The notes under the pieces were generated by a model. That model saw only the letters and a program-made list of their open reading frames with translations, did not search any database and had not been told where the DNA came from. The position numbers and the translations under genes were made by a program. Below, one piece after another: positions 9,066 through 19,258 of a stretch of DNA of 64,000 bases (positions within the stretch are counted from its first letter, which is position 1; every line of letters starts with the position of its first letter). Origin of the DNA: a virus; the IMG/VR virus record IMGVR_UViG_3300013131_004463, positions 1 to 64,000 of that record, one strand, 5' to 3'.

Positions 9066-9874
9066 TTACTTTTTCTAAACTTGGTCATTTGGGCGCAATT
9101 GGGAATCAACTTTTTCAATATTCTGCATTATATTCTATTGGCAAATTAAATGATTATAATATTAAGATACCAGATACAAAAGAACATTTTTGCGAAGGCA
9201 CAAAAAGAATCCAGCATTATTTTTTGAATTGTTTTAAGAATATTTACGCAGAAGTTTTAAATGAGAATGATTTAAATTCTGTAAAACATAAGGTTGATTG
9301 GGGATATCCCGCGCTTTTTAATCCAGAAGTATTAAGAATACCAGACAATACAGATCTAGAAGGTTATTTTCAATCATACAAGTTCTTTGAAAATTGTAAA
9401 AATGATTTATTAGATCAATTTAAATTTAAAGATTCAATAATAGATAAAGTCCATAAAAAATATAATTTTAATTTTAATGATTTTTCTTCTGTTCATTTAA
9501 GGTGCGGAGACTATATTGGTAGGGATAATCACCATCCAATAATGAATAAAAATTACTATCAAAAAGCATTTCAAATAATAAATGCTTCTAACTATTTAGT
9601 CTTTTCAGATACAATTGATTATGCAAAACAAATTTTTAGTGAATTTAAAGATATTAATTTTATATACATAGAAAATAATCATGCATTTGAAGACATGTAT
9701 CTTATGTCTAGTTGTCAAAATAATATCTTAGCTAATAGTAGTTTTGCTTGGTGGTCTGCATATATAAATAAAAATAATAATAAAGTTGTTGCACCCTCAA
9801 ATTGGTTTGGACCAGCTTATAATGGCCAATGGAAAATTGATGATCTTATGCCTAATAATTGGATTGTAATATGA
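9062..9874 (+). CDS. GT11 alpha-1,2-fucosyltransferase-like protein
   Basis: GAIGNQLFQY, GYFQS, VHLRCGDY, FSD and NSSFAWW. Confidence 0.88.
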   Translation: MITFSKLGHLGAIGNQLFQYSALYSIGKLNDYNIKIPDTKEHFCEGTKRIQHYFLNCFKNIYAEVLNENDLNSVKHKVDWGYPALFNPEVLRIPDNTDLEGYFQSYKFFENCKNDLLDQFKFKDSIIDKVHKKYNFNFNDFSSVHLRCGDYIGRDNHHPIMNKNYYQKAFQIINASNYLVFSDTIDYAKQIFSEFKDINFIYIENNHAFEDMYLMSSCQNNILANSSFAWWSAYINKNNNKVVAPSNWFGPAYNGQWKIDDLMPNNWIVI

Positions 9875-10740
9875 GTAGAGTAACTTGGAATATTTTAGAT
9901 GGTCATTTTGCGCATGAGAAATATTCAGTAGCCGGAAGAGATGCTGAATATGTAAATTGGGATAGAGAATTAAAAGATTTAAATAATCCAACATTCTATT
10001 CTCATATGGAAATGTTTAAAATAGATCAATTAAATACTCCTAAAGAAAATTCATATGGATTAATTTTTGAATCAAGAGGTATTGATTTGCAAACATATAA
10101 TTCTGCAGAACAATTGATTCCTAAATTTAACAAAGTATTTACTCATAATTCTGAATATTTAAAAAAGTACGAAAATTGTAAATGGATTCCAGGAGGAGGA
10201 ATTTGGGTAGGCGGAAGAAAAGATACTCCTCATGCAGAAGGCGAAATAAAAATGCAAGATAAAAATAAATTATGCTCCATGGTTTCATCTAATAAGCAAA
10301 TGTGCAGAGGTCATTTAACTAGATTACAAATAATGAATCTCGTAAAAGATAATACTAAAATAGATAAGTTTTTTGGAGTAGGCGGACCAAATGATAATTC
10401 TGGATGGATACCAATTTTTAGATCTTTAAAAGACTATATGTTTTCTATAGTTATTGAAAATTATATAGACGAGTTATATATAACAGAAAGAATATTAAAT
10501 TGTTTCGCTACTGGTACAATTCCAATATATTTAGGGGCATCAAATATAGGTCAAATTTTTAATATAGATGGAATTATTCATCTAAATTCATTAAATAGCA
10601 TGGAACAATTTAACTATTTAATTGAAAATTTAACCTCAGAGTATTATTATAATAGAATGGATGCAATTAAAGATAATTTTGAAAGATGTTTAAGATATAA
10701 ATCAATAGAAGATTATATATATATAAATTACCTAAAATGA
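9871..10740 (+). CDS. GT10 alpha-1,3-fucosyltransferase-like protein
   Basis: YMFSIVIEN....YITERI..CF..GTIPIYLG; ATG 9871 overlaps the upstream stop. Confidence 0.8.
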   Translation: MSRVTWNILDGHFAHEKYSVAGRDAEYVNWDRELKDLNNPTFYSHMEMFKIDQLNTPKENSYGLIFESRGIDLQTYNSAEQLIPKFNKVFTHNSEYLKKYENCKWIPGGGIWVGGRKDTPHAEGEIKMQDKNKLCSMVSSNKQMCRGHLTRLQIMNLVKDNTKIDKFFGVGGPNDNSGWIPIFRSLKDYMFSIVIENYIDELYITERILNCFATGTIPIYLGASNIGQIFNIDGIIHLNSLNSMEQFNYLIENLTSEYYYNRMDAIKDNFERCLRYKSIEDYIYINYLK

Positions 10741-11504
10741 ATCAAACAAGTATTAGTGATACTCAGAGATATAAAAATGCATGTAAAATGGCAACTATAA
10801 GTGATTTTCATTTTGATTTTTTTAAAAAAGATCAAGCCTATACAGAGATATTAGAGCACGTAAATCAAGAACAAGGTCAAATGTATAAAGATTATCTAGA
10901 CATACATTTTGCCGATTACAAAACTAAATTAGATAAGTTTAAAGAAAATGATATTTATGGTGGCCCAGCGATTTTTAATTATGGTGATTTAGGATTAATA
11001 TCACCAACAACATTAAGATATATTAAAGTATTATCAGATCTAAAAAATTTATATGGATCATTAGATAATTTTAATATTATAGAAATTGGCGTTGGGTATG
11101 GTGGTCAATGCAAGATCATAAGCGATTTTTTTAATATCAGTAAATATTATTTAGTTGATTTAGATGAGGCAACAGATTTAGCACTAAAATACCTTAATAA
11201 ACTTAATGTTAAAAATGTAGAACCAATTAGATTTGATGAAATACAGAATAAAGATTTGAAATTTGACTTAATTATAAGCAATTATGCTTTTACAGAATTA
11301 AACAGAGATATTCAAGATATATATCTAAGTAATATACTTACAAAATCTACGAGAGGCTATATGACCTGCAATTTTATTAGTCAATACTGTAATATTAATT
11401 CTTATTCTCTTCAAGAGTTAGAATTGCAGCTGAAACAATTTAATTTTAAAAAATTTCAAGAATTTCCATTAACTCATAAAGATAATCTAATTCTTTGCTG
11501 GTAA
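10737..11504 (+). CDS. Putative sugar O-methyltransferase
   Basis: SPTTLRYIKV, IIEIGVGYGG, LVDL and DLIISNYAFTEL. Confidence 0.75.
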   Translation: MNQTSISDTQRYKNACKMATISDFHFDFFKKDQAYTEILEHVNQEQGQMYKDYLDIHFADYKTKLDKFKENDIYGGPAIFNYGDLGLISPTTLRYIKVLSDLKNLYGSLDNFNIIEIGVGYGGQCKIISDFFNISKYYLVDLDEATDLALKYLNKLNVKNVEPIRFDEIQNKDLKFDLIISNYAFTELNRDIQDIYLSNILTKSTRGYMTCNFISQYCNINSYSLQELELQLKQFNFKKFQEFPLTHKDNLILCW

Positions 11505-11509
11505 AAAAT

Positions 11510-12211
11510 ATGGACTTTACTTTTGGCATTATAACGACCAAGCAAAATCCAGAATTGGAATTAGAAACAATTATCTCATCTATTAAAAACTTATTAATAC
11601 CAAATTATGAGATATTAATAATAGGCGGAAGCGCAAGTAAGCAAATAGAAAATATAAAAATCTTTTCATTTGATGAAAACCCAAATGGAGCATGGATTAC
11701 AAAAAAGAAAAATTTAATAACACAAAATGCTAAATATGATAATATTGTTTATATGCATGATTATATTATTTTTGATAAAGATTGGTATATAAATTTTTTA
11801 AATTTTGGTAATAATTTTAAAGTATGTATGAATCAAATAATAAATTTAGACGGCACAAGATTTAGAGATTGGACGCTCTGGGCAGAATCCGCAGAACAAG
11901 TAGGTATACCTAATCCATATTATTTAATACCTTATAGCATAAAAAATCTTTCTAAATTAATGTATTTCTCTGGAGCATATTGGGTTGCAAAAAAGAATGT
12001 TATGGAAGAGTTTCCATTAAATGAAAATCTATTTTGGGGCCAAGGAGAAGATGTAGAATGGTCTAAAAGAATTAGAGAAAAATATAATTTCTCTATTAAT
12101 CAAAATTCAATAGTTAGACTTTTAAAGTATAAAAATCCAGCCTTTTTAAGCTGCAATAACTTAGAAAAAATTAAAGAGATAAACGAAATAAAACAATATA
12201 ATAATATATGA
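11510..12211 (+). CDS. Glycosyltransferase, GT2/GT-A-like
   Basis: FTFGIIT, YEILIIG, WITKKKN...AKYDNIVYMHDY and GEDVEWS. Confidence 0.7.
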   Translation: MDFTFGIITTKQNPELELETIISSIKNLLIPNYEILIIGGSASKQIENIKIFSFDENPNGAWITKKKNLITQNAKYDNIVYMHDYIIFDKDWYINFLNFGNNFKVCMNQIINLDGTRFRDWTLWAESAEQVGIPNPYYLIPYSIKNLSKLMYFSGAYWVAKKNVMEEFPLNENLFWGQGEDVEWSKRIREKYNFSINQNSIVRLLKYKNPAFLSCNNLEKIKEINEIKQYNNI

Positions 12212-13164
12212 ATAAAGAAATAACGATAAATTATCTTCCTCATGGAAGATTTAGATATACTCCACATTTTGTTAATGAAATAATCAAAGTTAAAAATTCA
12301 GTTAAAGATTTAATTAAAATAAATTTGATGTTTTCTCATCCATTTAATGAAGAATGGCAAAAAATTGTAGATTTTTTAAAAAATCATGGAATATATTCTG
12401 AGTATTTTGTAACAGATGGCGGTCATTATATGACTAAAATAAAAACAGCTTCAGAAAATAGTGGAAAATATGCCATAAAATACGATGAAGATATCTTTTT
12501 AAATGCAAAAGGATGGGAGTATTTTCTAGAAAATTCAAAAGTTTTAGAAAATGATGAAAATCTTTTCCTTGCCCCAATTATCACAAATGGAATACCAACA
12601 GTTGATATTTTTATAGAGCAATTTTTTGACGAAAAAGCTAAAAAAGAAATTCATGATTTATTCTTAAAAGTACCATTTGCAAATGAATGGGGAGTTGATT
12701 ATTCTAGTTTAAGAAAATATGTAACAGAAGCAAGCGAATGGATTCCAGATAATTTTTATGAAGGAGTTAAAGGAATAAATCATCATTACAAAGGAATACA
12801 TCCTATTCGTTTATCTGGAGAAGCTCAATACTATATGGTAAATTATATACTAAATAATTTTGAAAGATTTATCGAGCCAAAAAATTATTCCATCTCCGAA
12901 GTTAAGAGACCATATCATTGTAATGGAATTATGATGATAAAGAATGAAACATGGAAAAAAATTCTTTATAATCAGTCTCTTTTTAGAGATGATTTTGACG
13001 AAGTTCCATTTAACTTATACAGAGAATCTAATAATTTAAAAATGTTATTTATTAATAACTGCTTTGCAGTTCATCCGTCTTATAATACAATTGATGGAAA
13101 AGGTTTTTTTTATACTCATCTTTCAGATGCATTCTTTAATTATCCATATTTTACTAAAAATTAA
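12208..13164 (+). CDS. Putative GT-A fold glycosyltransferase
   Basis: YAIKYDEDIF DxD-like motif; lies inside the GT cluster. Confidence 0.5.
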   Translation: MNKEITINYLPHGRFRYTPHFVNEIIKVKNSVKDLIKINLMFSHPFNEEWQKIVDFLKNHGIYSEYFVTDGGHYMTKIKTASENSGKYAIKYDEDIFLNAKGWEYFLENSKVLENDENLFLAPIITNGIPTVDIFIEQFFDEKAKKEIHDLFLKVPFANEWGVDYSSLRKYVTEASEWIPDNFYEGVKGINHHYKGIHPIRLSGEAQYYMVNYILNNFERFIEPKNYSISEVKRPYHCNGIMMIKNETWKKILYNQSLFRDDFDEVPFNLYRESNNLKMLFINNCFAVHPSYNTIDGKGFFYTHLSDAFFNYPYFTKN

Positions 13165-13808
13165 TGAAGAATGTTTGCTTTTATCATTTAGCAACAATAG
13201 GCAACTATCAAAAGATTACTAATGACATCTTTGCTTTATTAGATAAAAGTAGATTATATGAAAAATTAGATCATATATTTATTAATATAGCTGGAAATGA
13301 AAAAGTTATATTACCAAATAAAGAAAAAATTTCAATTTTTCAAGAAATAGCAGAATTAAATGAATTTGAATTTAGTTCTATAAATAGAATCAAAAAATAT
13401 GCAGACTTAGACTCAGACGAATCTAATATACTATATCTTCAAACGTTAGGATGTACGGCAGAATATAATATATGTATAAACGAAAGAAGAGATTATATGT
13501 TATATTTTAATATAGAAAAATATCAAAAAGCTTTAGATTCTTTAAAAGAAAACGATGCAATAAGCGTTGATCTTGTAGATTACCCAGTAAAACATTTTTC
13601 TGGTAATATTTGGTGGTCAAAATCATCTCATATTAAAAAATTGCCATATCCAGTAGAGTTGCCTTTTATATTTAGCGAAAGACATAAATGTGAATTTTGG
13701 ATATGCAGTAATCCAAATGGAAAATACGAAACAATGCATCAAACAAATATAAATGTACACGCAAGACATTTAAATAGATATCCTAGAGAGAAATACGCAA
13801 ATGATTAA
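13164..13808 (+). CDS. Hypothetical protein of glycosylation loci (possible glycosyltransferase)
   Basis: ILYLQTLG, HFSGNIWWSKSSHIKKL and RHKCEFWI motifs; cluster context. Confidence 0.45.
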   Translation: MKNVCFYHLATIGNYQKITNDIFALLDKSRLYEKLDHIFINIAGNEKVILPNKEKISIFQEIAELNEFEFSSINRIKKYADLDSDESNILYLQTLGCTAEYNICINERRDYMLYFNIEKYQKALDSLKENDAISVDLVDYPVKHFSGNIWWSKSSHIKKLPYPVELPFIFSERHKCEFWICSNPNGKYETMHQTNINVHARHLNRYPREKYAND

Positions 13809-15177
13809 ATTAATAGTTTTTGATCTTGATGGGGTATTAATTGACGCCAGAGAAATCCATTATGAAGCACTCAATAGAGCTATAGCTTTAATAGGAAAAG
13901 ATTTCATAATAAACAAAGAAGAGCATTTATCTACATATGATGGTTTACCAACTAAGAAAAAACTAGAATTACTTTCTAAAAATAAAAATTTACCAACAGA
14001 TAAACATAGTTTGATTTGGGATAATAAACAAAAATTTACAATAGAAGTAATTAACGAAACAGTAAAAGAAGACGAAAGAATTAAGTCTATACTAAAAGAA
14101 TTAAAAAAAAGTGGATATAAAATATATGTAGCATCTAATTCTATCAAAGAAACCATAAAAACTATATTGTTAAAAAAAGGGTTTATGGAGTATATTGATA
14201 ACTATTATTCTAATGAAGATGTTAAAAATCCTAAACCTAAAGCTGAAATATATTTAAAATGCATGATTGATGCTGGAGTTGATCCAGATGAATGTTTAAT
14301 AGTTGAAGATTCAATAGTAGGTAGAAAAGCCGCTGTAAAATCTGGAGGAAATCTGCATCCAGTACTAAACGCAAATGATATTAATCTAGAAACAATAATA
14401 GATAATATTAATAAAATCAATAATAATAAAATAATGAAGCCAAAATGGAAAGACGATAAAATGAAAGTATTAATTCCAATGGCTGGCGCAGGAACTAGAT
14501 TCGAAAAAGCTGGCTATACATTTCCTAAACCACTCATAGAAGTAAGAGGTAAACCAATGATTCAAGTTGTTATTGATTCTATTGGGATTGATGCAAAGCA
14601 CGTATTTATAGCTCAAAAAAGTCATTATGAAAAATATAATTTAAAAGATACATTAAATTTAATTAGTCCAAATTGCGAGATTGCTTTAACAGATGAGCTA
14701 ACTGAAGGAGCAGCATGCACAACTCTTTTAGCTAAAGAATATATTAATACAGACCAACCACTTCTTATTGCTAATTCAGATCAATATGTAGATTGGGATA
14801 GTAATGAATTCATGTACTCTATGATGGCAGATAATATAGATGCAGGTATTCTAGTTTTTGAGTCAACCCATCCTAAATGGAGTTTTGCTAAATTAGACGA
14901 AAATGGTTTTGTATCAGAGGTTGCAGAAAAAAAACCAATAAGTAATTTAGCTACAGTAGGTATATATTTCTGGAAAAAAGGTTCAGATTATGTTAAATAT
15001 GCAGAAAAAATGATATCTAGAAATATTAGAGTTAATAATGAATTTTATGTTTGTCCAGTATTTAATCAAGCAATTCAAGATGGTAAAAAAATAAAAATTT
15101 TTAAAATTGATAATGATAAAATGTGGGGAATTGGAACTCCAGAAGATTTAAATTACTTTTTGGAGAATAATAAATAA
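13801..15177 (+). CDS. Fusion of HAD phosphatase and sugar-phosphate nucleotidyltransferase (BcbE-like)
   Basis: N-terminal FDLDGVL, KPKAEIY, VEDS; C-terminal IPMAGAGTRF...PKPLI, AEKKPIS, NEFYVCP, GIGTPEDL. Confidence 0.85.
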   Translation: MIKLIVFDLDGVLIDAREIHYEALNRAIALIGKDFIINKEEHLSTYDGLPTKKKLELLSKNKNLPTDKHSLIWDNKQKFTIEVINETVKEDERIKSILKELKKSGYKIYVASNSIKETIKTILLKKGFMEYIDNYYSNEDVKNPKPKAEIYLKCMIDAGVDPDECLIVEDSIVGRKAAVKSGGNLHPVLNANDINLETIIDNINKINNNKIMKPKWKDDKMKVLIPMAGAGTRFEKAGYTFPKPLIEVRGKPMIQVVIDSIGIDAKHVFIAQKSHYEKYNLKDTLNLISPNCEIALTDELTEGAACTTLLAKEYINTDQPLLIANSDQYVDWDSNEFMYSMMADNIDAGILVFESTHPKWSFAKLDENGFVSEVAEKKPISNLATVGIYFWKKGSDYVKYAEKMISRNIRVNNEFYVCPVFNQAIQDGKKIKIFKIDNDKMWGIGTPEDLNYFLENNK

Positions 15178-15179
15178 TT

Positions 15180-15803
15180 ATGAATATAATACAATCAAAC
15201 TATCATCCAGAATGGCAAATTAATAGATTAATATTTATATTAAAAAAATACGGAGAAGATTTTTTTAAAAATAAAACAATTTTAGAATTAGGCTGCTTCA
15301 ATGGATATTTTGGAGAATCATTTAGACTACTTGGTGCAAACGTGTTATCTGTAGAAGGAAGAGAAGAGAACGTTCAAAATATAAAAATTAATTATCCTAA
15401 CCTTAATATTATTTGTAAAGATCTAGATACAAAAGATTGGGATTTTGATAATTATGATATAATTATAAATTTTGGTTTATTCTATCATCTTGAAAAATAT
15501 CATCAAGAACATTTAATAAATTGTATTGACCATTCAAAATTAATGTTGTTTGAAACAGTTATATTTGATTCTAATCAACCCGAAATTTATATGAATTCAG
15601 AACAAGGAATTGATCAATCTTTATCAAATAAAGGCGGTGTTCCAAGCGTTTCTTATGTGGAAAATATTTTTAAAAATAAAAAATGTAAATATCAAAAGTA
15701 TAGTGATTCTGTATTAAATGGAGGTGGACATTCTTACGATTGGGAAGAACGTAATACAAAAACGCTTTGTTCATCTTGCAGAAAATTTTGGATTGTTGAA
15801 TAA
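15180..15803 (+). CDS. SAM-dependent methyltransferase
   Basis: ILELGCFNG, VEGR and YDIIINFGLFYHL. Confidence 0.8.
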   Translation: MNIIQSNYHPEWQINRLIFILKKYGEDFFKNKTILELGCFNGYFGESFRLLGANVLSVEGREENVQNIKINYPNLNIICKDLDTKDWDFDNYDIIINFGLFYHLEKYHQEHLINCIDHSKLMLFETVIFDSNQPEIYMNSEQGIDQSLSNKGGVPSVSYVENIFKNKKCKYQKYSDSVLNGGGHSYDWEERNTKTLCSSCRKFWIVE

Positions 15804-15810
15804 ATATTTT

Positions 15811-15842
15811 TATTATATATTATATATTATATATTATATATT
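15811..15842. repeat. Tandem repeat (TATTATA)x4.5
   Basis: Intergenic, 12 nt upstream of ATG 15855. Confidence 0.85.
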
Positions 15843-15854
15843 GATACAATTAAT

Positions 15855-16283
15855 ATGAAAATAATATCCCACAGAGGAAATTTAAATGGTGAAAATTTAT
15901 CTACTGAAAATTCTATACCAGCAATTAATATAGCCTTATATCATGGATTTGACGTAGAAATAGATGTATGGTATAAAAACCACAATTGGTTCCTTGGTCA
16001 CGATAAACCTCAGCATCTTATAGAAGAATCTTTCTTACAAAATAAAAAATTATGGTGTCACGCAAAGAATCTAGAGGCTTTAAATTTTATGTTAAAAAAC
16101 AAATCAATACATTGTTTTTGGCATCAAAATGATGATTTTACAATAACTTCAAAAGGATATATTTGGACATATCCAAATAAAATTACCAGAGAAAATTCAG
16201 TAATAGTATTAAATAACAAAAAAGATAAGATTCCAAAAAAATGTTTTGGTATATGTACAGATTTTCCATTAAAATATATTTAA
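15855..16283 (+). CDS. Small GDPD/PLC-like phosphodiesterase
   Basis: IISHRGN, ENS, DVEIDVW, LGHD, WCHAKN and GICTD. Confidence 0.75.
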   Translation: MKIISHRGNLNGENLSTENSIPAINIALYHGFDVEIDVWYKNHNWFLGHDKPQHLIEESFLQNKKLWCHAKNLEALNFMLKNKSIHCFWHQNDDFTITSKGYIWTYPNKITRENSVIVLNNKKDKIPKKCFGICTDFPLKYI

Positions 16284-17257
16284 TGAAAATTATTGTAACT
16301 GGCGGACTTGGTTTTATCGGTTCTAATTTTATTAAATATATAATTAATAAAAAAGAAACAAATATTGTTATAAACATAGACACAACAACAAAACAATATT
16401 CGGCATCGAATAAAGATAACGTAAAAGCTTTTGAAGACAATCCAAAGTATAAATTTTATGATTTCTGGTTAGAAATGCTAGATAATCCTTCCGTTAAAAA
16501 TGAATTTAAACAAATAATAAAAGAAAACAATATAACTCACATAGCGCATTTTGCCGCCGAATCTCATGTTGATAATTCAATATCTAATCCAAGACGATTT
16601 ATTCAGTCAAATATATTCGGTACATTTAATCTATTAGAAATTATTAGAGATTTTCCAGAAATTAGATTTCATCATATTTCTACTGATGAAGTTTATGGCA
16701 GTTTAGGTGAAGAAGGTAAATTTACAGAAACAACAGCGTATGCTCCAAATTCCCCATATTCTGCATCAAAAGCGGCTAGTGATATGTTAGTCAGAGCTTA
16801 TAATCATACTTTTAAAAGTTTAATTACAATTTCTAATTGCTCTAACAATTATGGTCCAAATCAACATAATGAAAAATTTATACCAGTTGTTATAAATTCA
16901 ATACTAAATAATAAAAAAATACCTGTTTATGGCAACGGAAAAAACATAAGAGATTGGATTTTTGTTAATGATCATTGTGAAGCAGTATGGTCTGTATTAA
17001 ATAATGGCAAAATTGGTGAAACATATAATATAGGCGGAAATTGTGAAAAAACAAATTTAGAGATTATCAATGATATTTGCGAAATATTAAATGTTAATTC
17101 TCAAGATTATATATCTTTTGTAGAAGATCGTAAAGGTCATGATTTTAGATATGCTATAGACAACACTAAAATAAATAAAGAATTAAATTGGTATCCAATC
17201 ACATCTTTTAAAGACGGATTAAAACAAACAATTGATTTTTATAAAAATTTGTTATAA
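16283..17257 (+). CDS. rfbB: dTDP-glucose 4,6-dehydratase
   Basis: VTGGLGFIG, HFAAESHVDNS, STDEVYG, PYSASKA, NNYGP and DRKGHDFRYA. Confidence 0.93.
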   Translation: MKIIVTGGLGFIGSNFIKYIINKKETNIVINIDTTTKQYSASNKDNVKAFEDNPKYKFYDFWLEMLDNPSVKNEFKQIIKENNITHIAHFAAESHVDNSISNPRRFIQSNIFGTFNLLEIIRDFPEIRFHHISTDEVYGSLGEEGKFTETTAYAPNSPYSASKAASDMLVRAYNHTFKSLITISNCSNNYGPNQHNEKFIPVVINSILNNKKIPVYGNGKNIRDWIFVNDHCEAVWSVLNNGKIGETYNIGGNCEKTNLEIINDICEILNVNSQDYISFVEDRKGHDFRYAIDNTKINKELNWYPITSFKDGLKQTIDFYKNLL

Positions 17258-17266
17258 TATAACAAT

Positions 17267-18406
17267 ATGAGTTTGAACTTTCAAGAAACCTATTATGGTA
17301 AAAAGATAGATACTTCCAATATTTTAAATATTGAAGACGCTAGTAGAATAATTAATGGAAAAAAAACAGTAGTAATAACTGGCGTAACTGGTCAAGATGG
17401 AAGTCATATGGTTGATTTTTTACTTAAAAATACAGATTATCTTATTTTTGGTGGAGTAAGAAGGTTGAGCGTATATAATCATGAAAATATTAAACACATT
17501 AAATCTGATAGATTTCATCTTATTAATTTTGATCTAACTGATTCTCATGCTATATCTAGGACTGTAGAAAAACTTCAACCAGATTATTTTATTAACTTTG
17601 CTGCTCAAAGTTTTGTTGCAAGTAGTTGGGATTTTGCTAGACAAACTTGGCAAACTAACTCCACAGCAGTTCTTGATATTTTAGAAGCAATTAGGCTCTA
17701 TAAACCATCTTGCAGACTTTACCAAGCTGGATCAAGTGAGGAATTTGGAAATGTACAATATGCTCCTCAAGATGAAAATCATCCATTAAAACCAAGAAGT
17801 CCATATGGGGCAAGCAAAGCAGCTTCTAGACAATTAGTTAAAGTATACAGAGAATCTTACAATACTTATGCTATTCAAGGATGGCTATTCAATCACGAAG
17901 GAACTAGGCGAGGTGAGGAATTCGTTACAAGAAAAATTACAAAAAATGTAGCAAGGATTTATAATTCAATAAAAGAAAATAAAGAATTTAAACCTCTCGA
18001 ACTAGGAAATATAGACGCAAAAAGAGATTGGAGTGATGCAGAAGATTTTGTAGAGGGCGTCTGGATGATGTTAAATCAAGATAAATATAATCCAAATTAC
18101 GATGGAACACCAAAAGAATATATTTTCTCATCTAATGAAACTCACACAATCAGAGAGTTTGCAGAAAAAGCTTTTGCTTATGCTGGAATTAATGGAGAAT
18201 GGATTGGTGAAAAAGAACACGAAGTATACTTATCTAAAGATAAGAAAGTATTAATTCAAATTAATCCTAAATTTTATAGACCAGCAGAAGTAGAGGTTTT
18301 ACTTGGAGACTCTAATAAAGCTAGAAAAGAATTAAATTGGAAACCTAAATCATCATTAAATGATCTTATTGAAAAGATGGTAAAAAATGATATTAAAAAT
18401 TTATGA
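17267..18406 (+). CDS. gmd: GDP-mannose 4,6-dehydratase
   Basis: ITGVTGQDGS, AQSFV, SPYGASK, FNHE...RGEEFVTRKI, LGNIDAKRDW and YRPAEV. Confidence 0.93.
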   Translation: MSLNFQETYYGKKIDTSNILNIEDASRIINGKKTVVITGVTGQDGSHMVDFLLKNTDYLIFGGVRRLSVYNHENIKHIKSDRFHLINFDLTDSHAISRTVEKLQPDYFINFAAQSFVASSWDFARQTWQTNSTAVLDILEAIRLYKPSCRLYQAGSSEEFGNVQYAPQDENHPLKPRSPYGASKAASRQLVKVYRESYNTYAIQGWLFNHEGTRRGEEFVTRKITKNVARIYNSIKENKEFKPLELGNIDAKRDWSDAEDFVEGVWMMLNQDKYNPNYDGTPKEYIFSSNETHTIREFAEKAFAYAGINGEWIGEKEHEVYLSKDKKVLIQINPKFYRPAEVEVLLGDSNKARKELNWKPKSSLNDLIEKMVKNDIKNL

Positions 18407-19257
18407 TACTATTAATTGGATCTAGTGGCTACATTGGCACCGAATTCGTTAAACAATTAGATAAAAAAAATATAAAATATTATACTTTATCATATAAAGA
18501 AGCAAATTATAAAAATATAAAATCCCTATATGATCTTTATAATATAAAATACTTGATAAATTCAGCAGCTTTTGTTGGCAAACCAAATATTGAAGCGTGT
18601 GAGTCTCAAAAAGATAAATGCATAGAAGGTAATATTTTACTTCCCATTTTATTGAAAAATATATGTGAGCAATTTAATATAATTTATTGCCATATCTCAA
18701 CTGGATGCCTTTATAATGGTGCCACGTCTGAATTAAATGGATACAAAGAAATAGACGAACCTAATTTTAATTTTAAATATAATAACTGTGGTTTTTACAC
18801 AGGGACAAAAGCCTTAACAGAAGACTTGATTAAATCATATCCTCAAAATTATATCTGGAGAATAAGATTACCATTCGAACAATTTCATAACGATAGAAAT
18901 TATATATCAAAAATTATAAAGTATGATACTTTGATTACAGAAAAAAATTCACTAAGTAATAAAAGTGAATTTGTAAATGCATGCATAGAAAGTATATTGA
19001 AAGAAATACCATTTGGAATATATAATATAACCAATACAGGATCTATATCTGCATCTGATATTTTTGAAAAAATTAAAAAAACAATAATGCCAAACAAAAA
19101 AGCTAACTTTTTGACAATGGATGAATTTTATAATAAAATAAGTTCTATGCCTAGATCAAATTGTATCACAGATAATTCAAAAATAAGATCTACAGGTATT
19201 AAAATGTTAGATGTAAACGAATCCATAGATCTTTGTCTGAAACATTGGACTTGGTAA
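18403..19257 (+). CDS. NDP-4-keto-6-deoxyhexose 3,5-epimerase/4-reductase (RmlD or NRS/ER-like SDR)
   Basis: GSSGYIG, GKPNIEACE, STGCLY, FYTGTK, RIRLP and RSNC. Confidence 0.75.
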   Translation: MILLIGSSGYIGTEFVKQLDKKNIKYYTLSYKEANYKNIKSLYDLYNIKYLINSAAFVGKPNIEACESQKDKCIEGNILLPILLKNICEQFNIIYCHISTGCLYNGATSELNGYKEIDEPNFNFKYNNCGFYTGTKALTEDLIKSYPQNYIWRIRLPFEQFHNDRNYISKIIKYDTLITEKNSLSNKSEFVNACIESILKEIPFGIYNITNTGSISASDIFEKIKKTIMPNKKANFLTMDEFYNKISSMPRSNCITDNSKIRSTGIKMLDVNESIDLCLKHWTW

Positions 19258-19258
19258 T

